64,000 bases of DNA, from positions 620,001-684,000 of the forward strand of contig JAXLNO010000073.1 of assembly GCA_038087875.1 (NCBI GenBank), in the 5' to 3' direction. Shown one piece after another: positions 63,150-64,000 of this stretch. The stretch's first letter is position 1. Each line of letters opens with the position of its first letter. Source of the DNA: Malacoraja senta (Eukaryota). The notes under the pieces are model-generated. The model did not search any database. It saw only the letters and a list, made by a program, of their open reading frames with translations, and was not told where the DNA came from. A program made the position numbers and the translations under genes.

Positions 63150-63720
63150 AGTTACCACCACCACCAGCCATTTGCCGTGCTTCACTTCAAACCCACCACC
63201 ACCAACAGCCATTTGCCGCACTTCACTCCAAACCAACCACAGCCATTTGCCGCGCTTCACTCCAAACCCACCACCACCAACAGCCATTTGCCGTGCTTCA
63301 CTCCAAACCCACCACCACCAACAGCCATTTGCTGCGCTTCACTGCAAACCCACCACAACCAACAGCCATTTGGCGCTCTTCACTGCAATCCCACCACCAC
63401 CAACAGCCATTTGCCGCGCTTCACTCCAAACCCACCACCTCACACAGCCATTTGCCGCGCTTCATTCCAAACCCACCACCACCAACAGCCATTTGCCGCG
63501 CTTCACTCCAACCCCACCAACAGCCATTTGCCGTGCTTCACTGCAAACCGACCACCACCAACAGCCATTTGCCGCTCTTCACTGCAAACCGACCACCACC
63601 AACAGCCATTTGCCGTGCTTCACTCCAACCCCACCACCACCAACAGCCATTTGCCATGCTTCACTCCAAACTCACCATCACCTACAGCCATTTGCCGTGC
63701 TTCACTTCAAACCAACCACA
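63150..63720. repeat. About 40-bp minisatellite, about 14 copies
   Basis: Unit CAGCCATTTGCCGCGCTTCACTCCAAACCCACCACCACCAA. Confidence 0.95.
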
Positions 63721-64000
63721 TTTTCATTTACAAACCATATTAAGGGCACTCAAGGTCAGTATACCACACTGACAGTTTAGTAGACATGTGTTCAGTGTTA
63801 TTCACAGCTCACACTGAGAGACGTAACCCTCTCGCTCCCCCATCTTGCAGAGACCGACTGAGGCACTCAACACTTCTGGGTTTTATAGTCCCTCCAGAAG
63901 GGGCGTGGCCTTCAGGAGAGAGAATCTCAACATTTTTTAAACACTAATAACTCTTTTATTTTTCATCGATGGGAAAAATCCTCTTGTCCGGCACAGCGGA

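Larger units (their letters stand above)
61651..64000 (-). mobile_element. Non-autonomous Helitron carrying two satellite arrays; 5' end beyond the window
   Basis: Minus strand ends TGGGACCC-AAC-GGGTCCCA-CTTAGT-CTAG|T, i.e. a GC-rich hairpin followed by CTAG; homologous to 59434-60137. Confidence 0.8.

Noticed and set aside
63099..63780. Three overlapping ORFs of 159-216 aa
   Set aside because: A stop-poor satellite of about 40 bp is open in all three frames.

Overview
This is vertebrate nuclear DNA, almost certainly from a cartilaginous fish (probably a skate or ray), judged by abundant HE1-type V-SINEs, HER1/CR1 LINEs and Penelope fragments. Most of the window is nested transposable elements. 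Bases 1-19238 appear to be one degraded endogenous retrovirus on the minus strand (tRNA-Pro PBS, fragmented 5' LTR, gag with a CCHC knuckle, no recognisable pro/pol). It is split by Rex1, DIRS, Gypsy, P-like MITE, L2 and THAP-bearing MITE insertions. Bases 19753-33750 are a P-like MITE inflated to 14 kb by a hAT element and a Hero-clade LINE, each with further nested insertions. The only host gene is a plus-strand Siglec/MAG/CD22-family gene: probable non-coding first exon ending at 39374, leader exon 50213-50294, V-set exon 52195-52566 with the sialic-acid-binding Arg, and C2 exons 53544-53837 and 55109-55390. A truncated duplicate of the last exon lies at 60138-60200, and no transmembrane or cytoplasmic exon is visible in the window. 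Also present are about 15 Penelope-derived hammerhead-ribozyme-like motifs and two Helitrons carrying different tandem arrays. All coordinates and family calls were read by eye; no database search was run. I found no evidence that proves a wholly new biological system.
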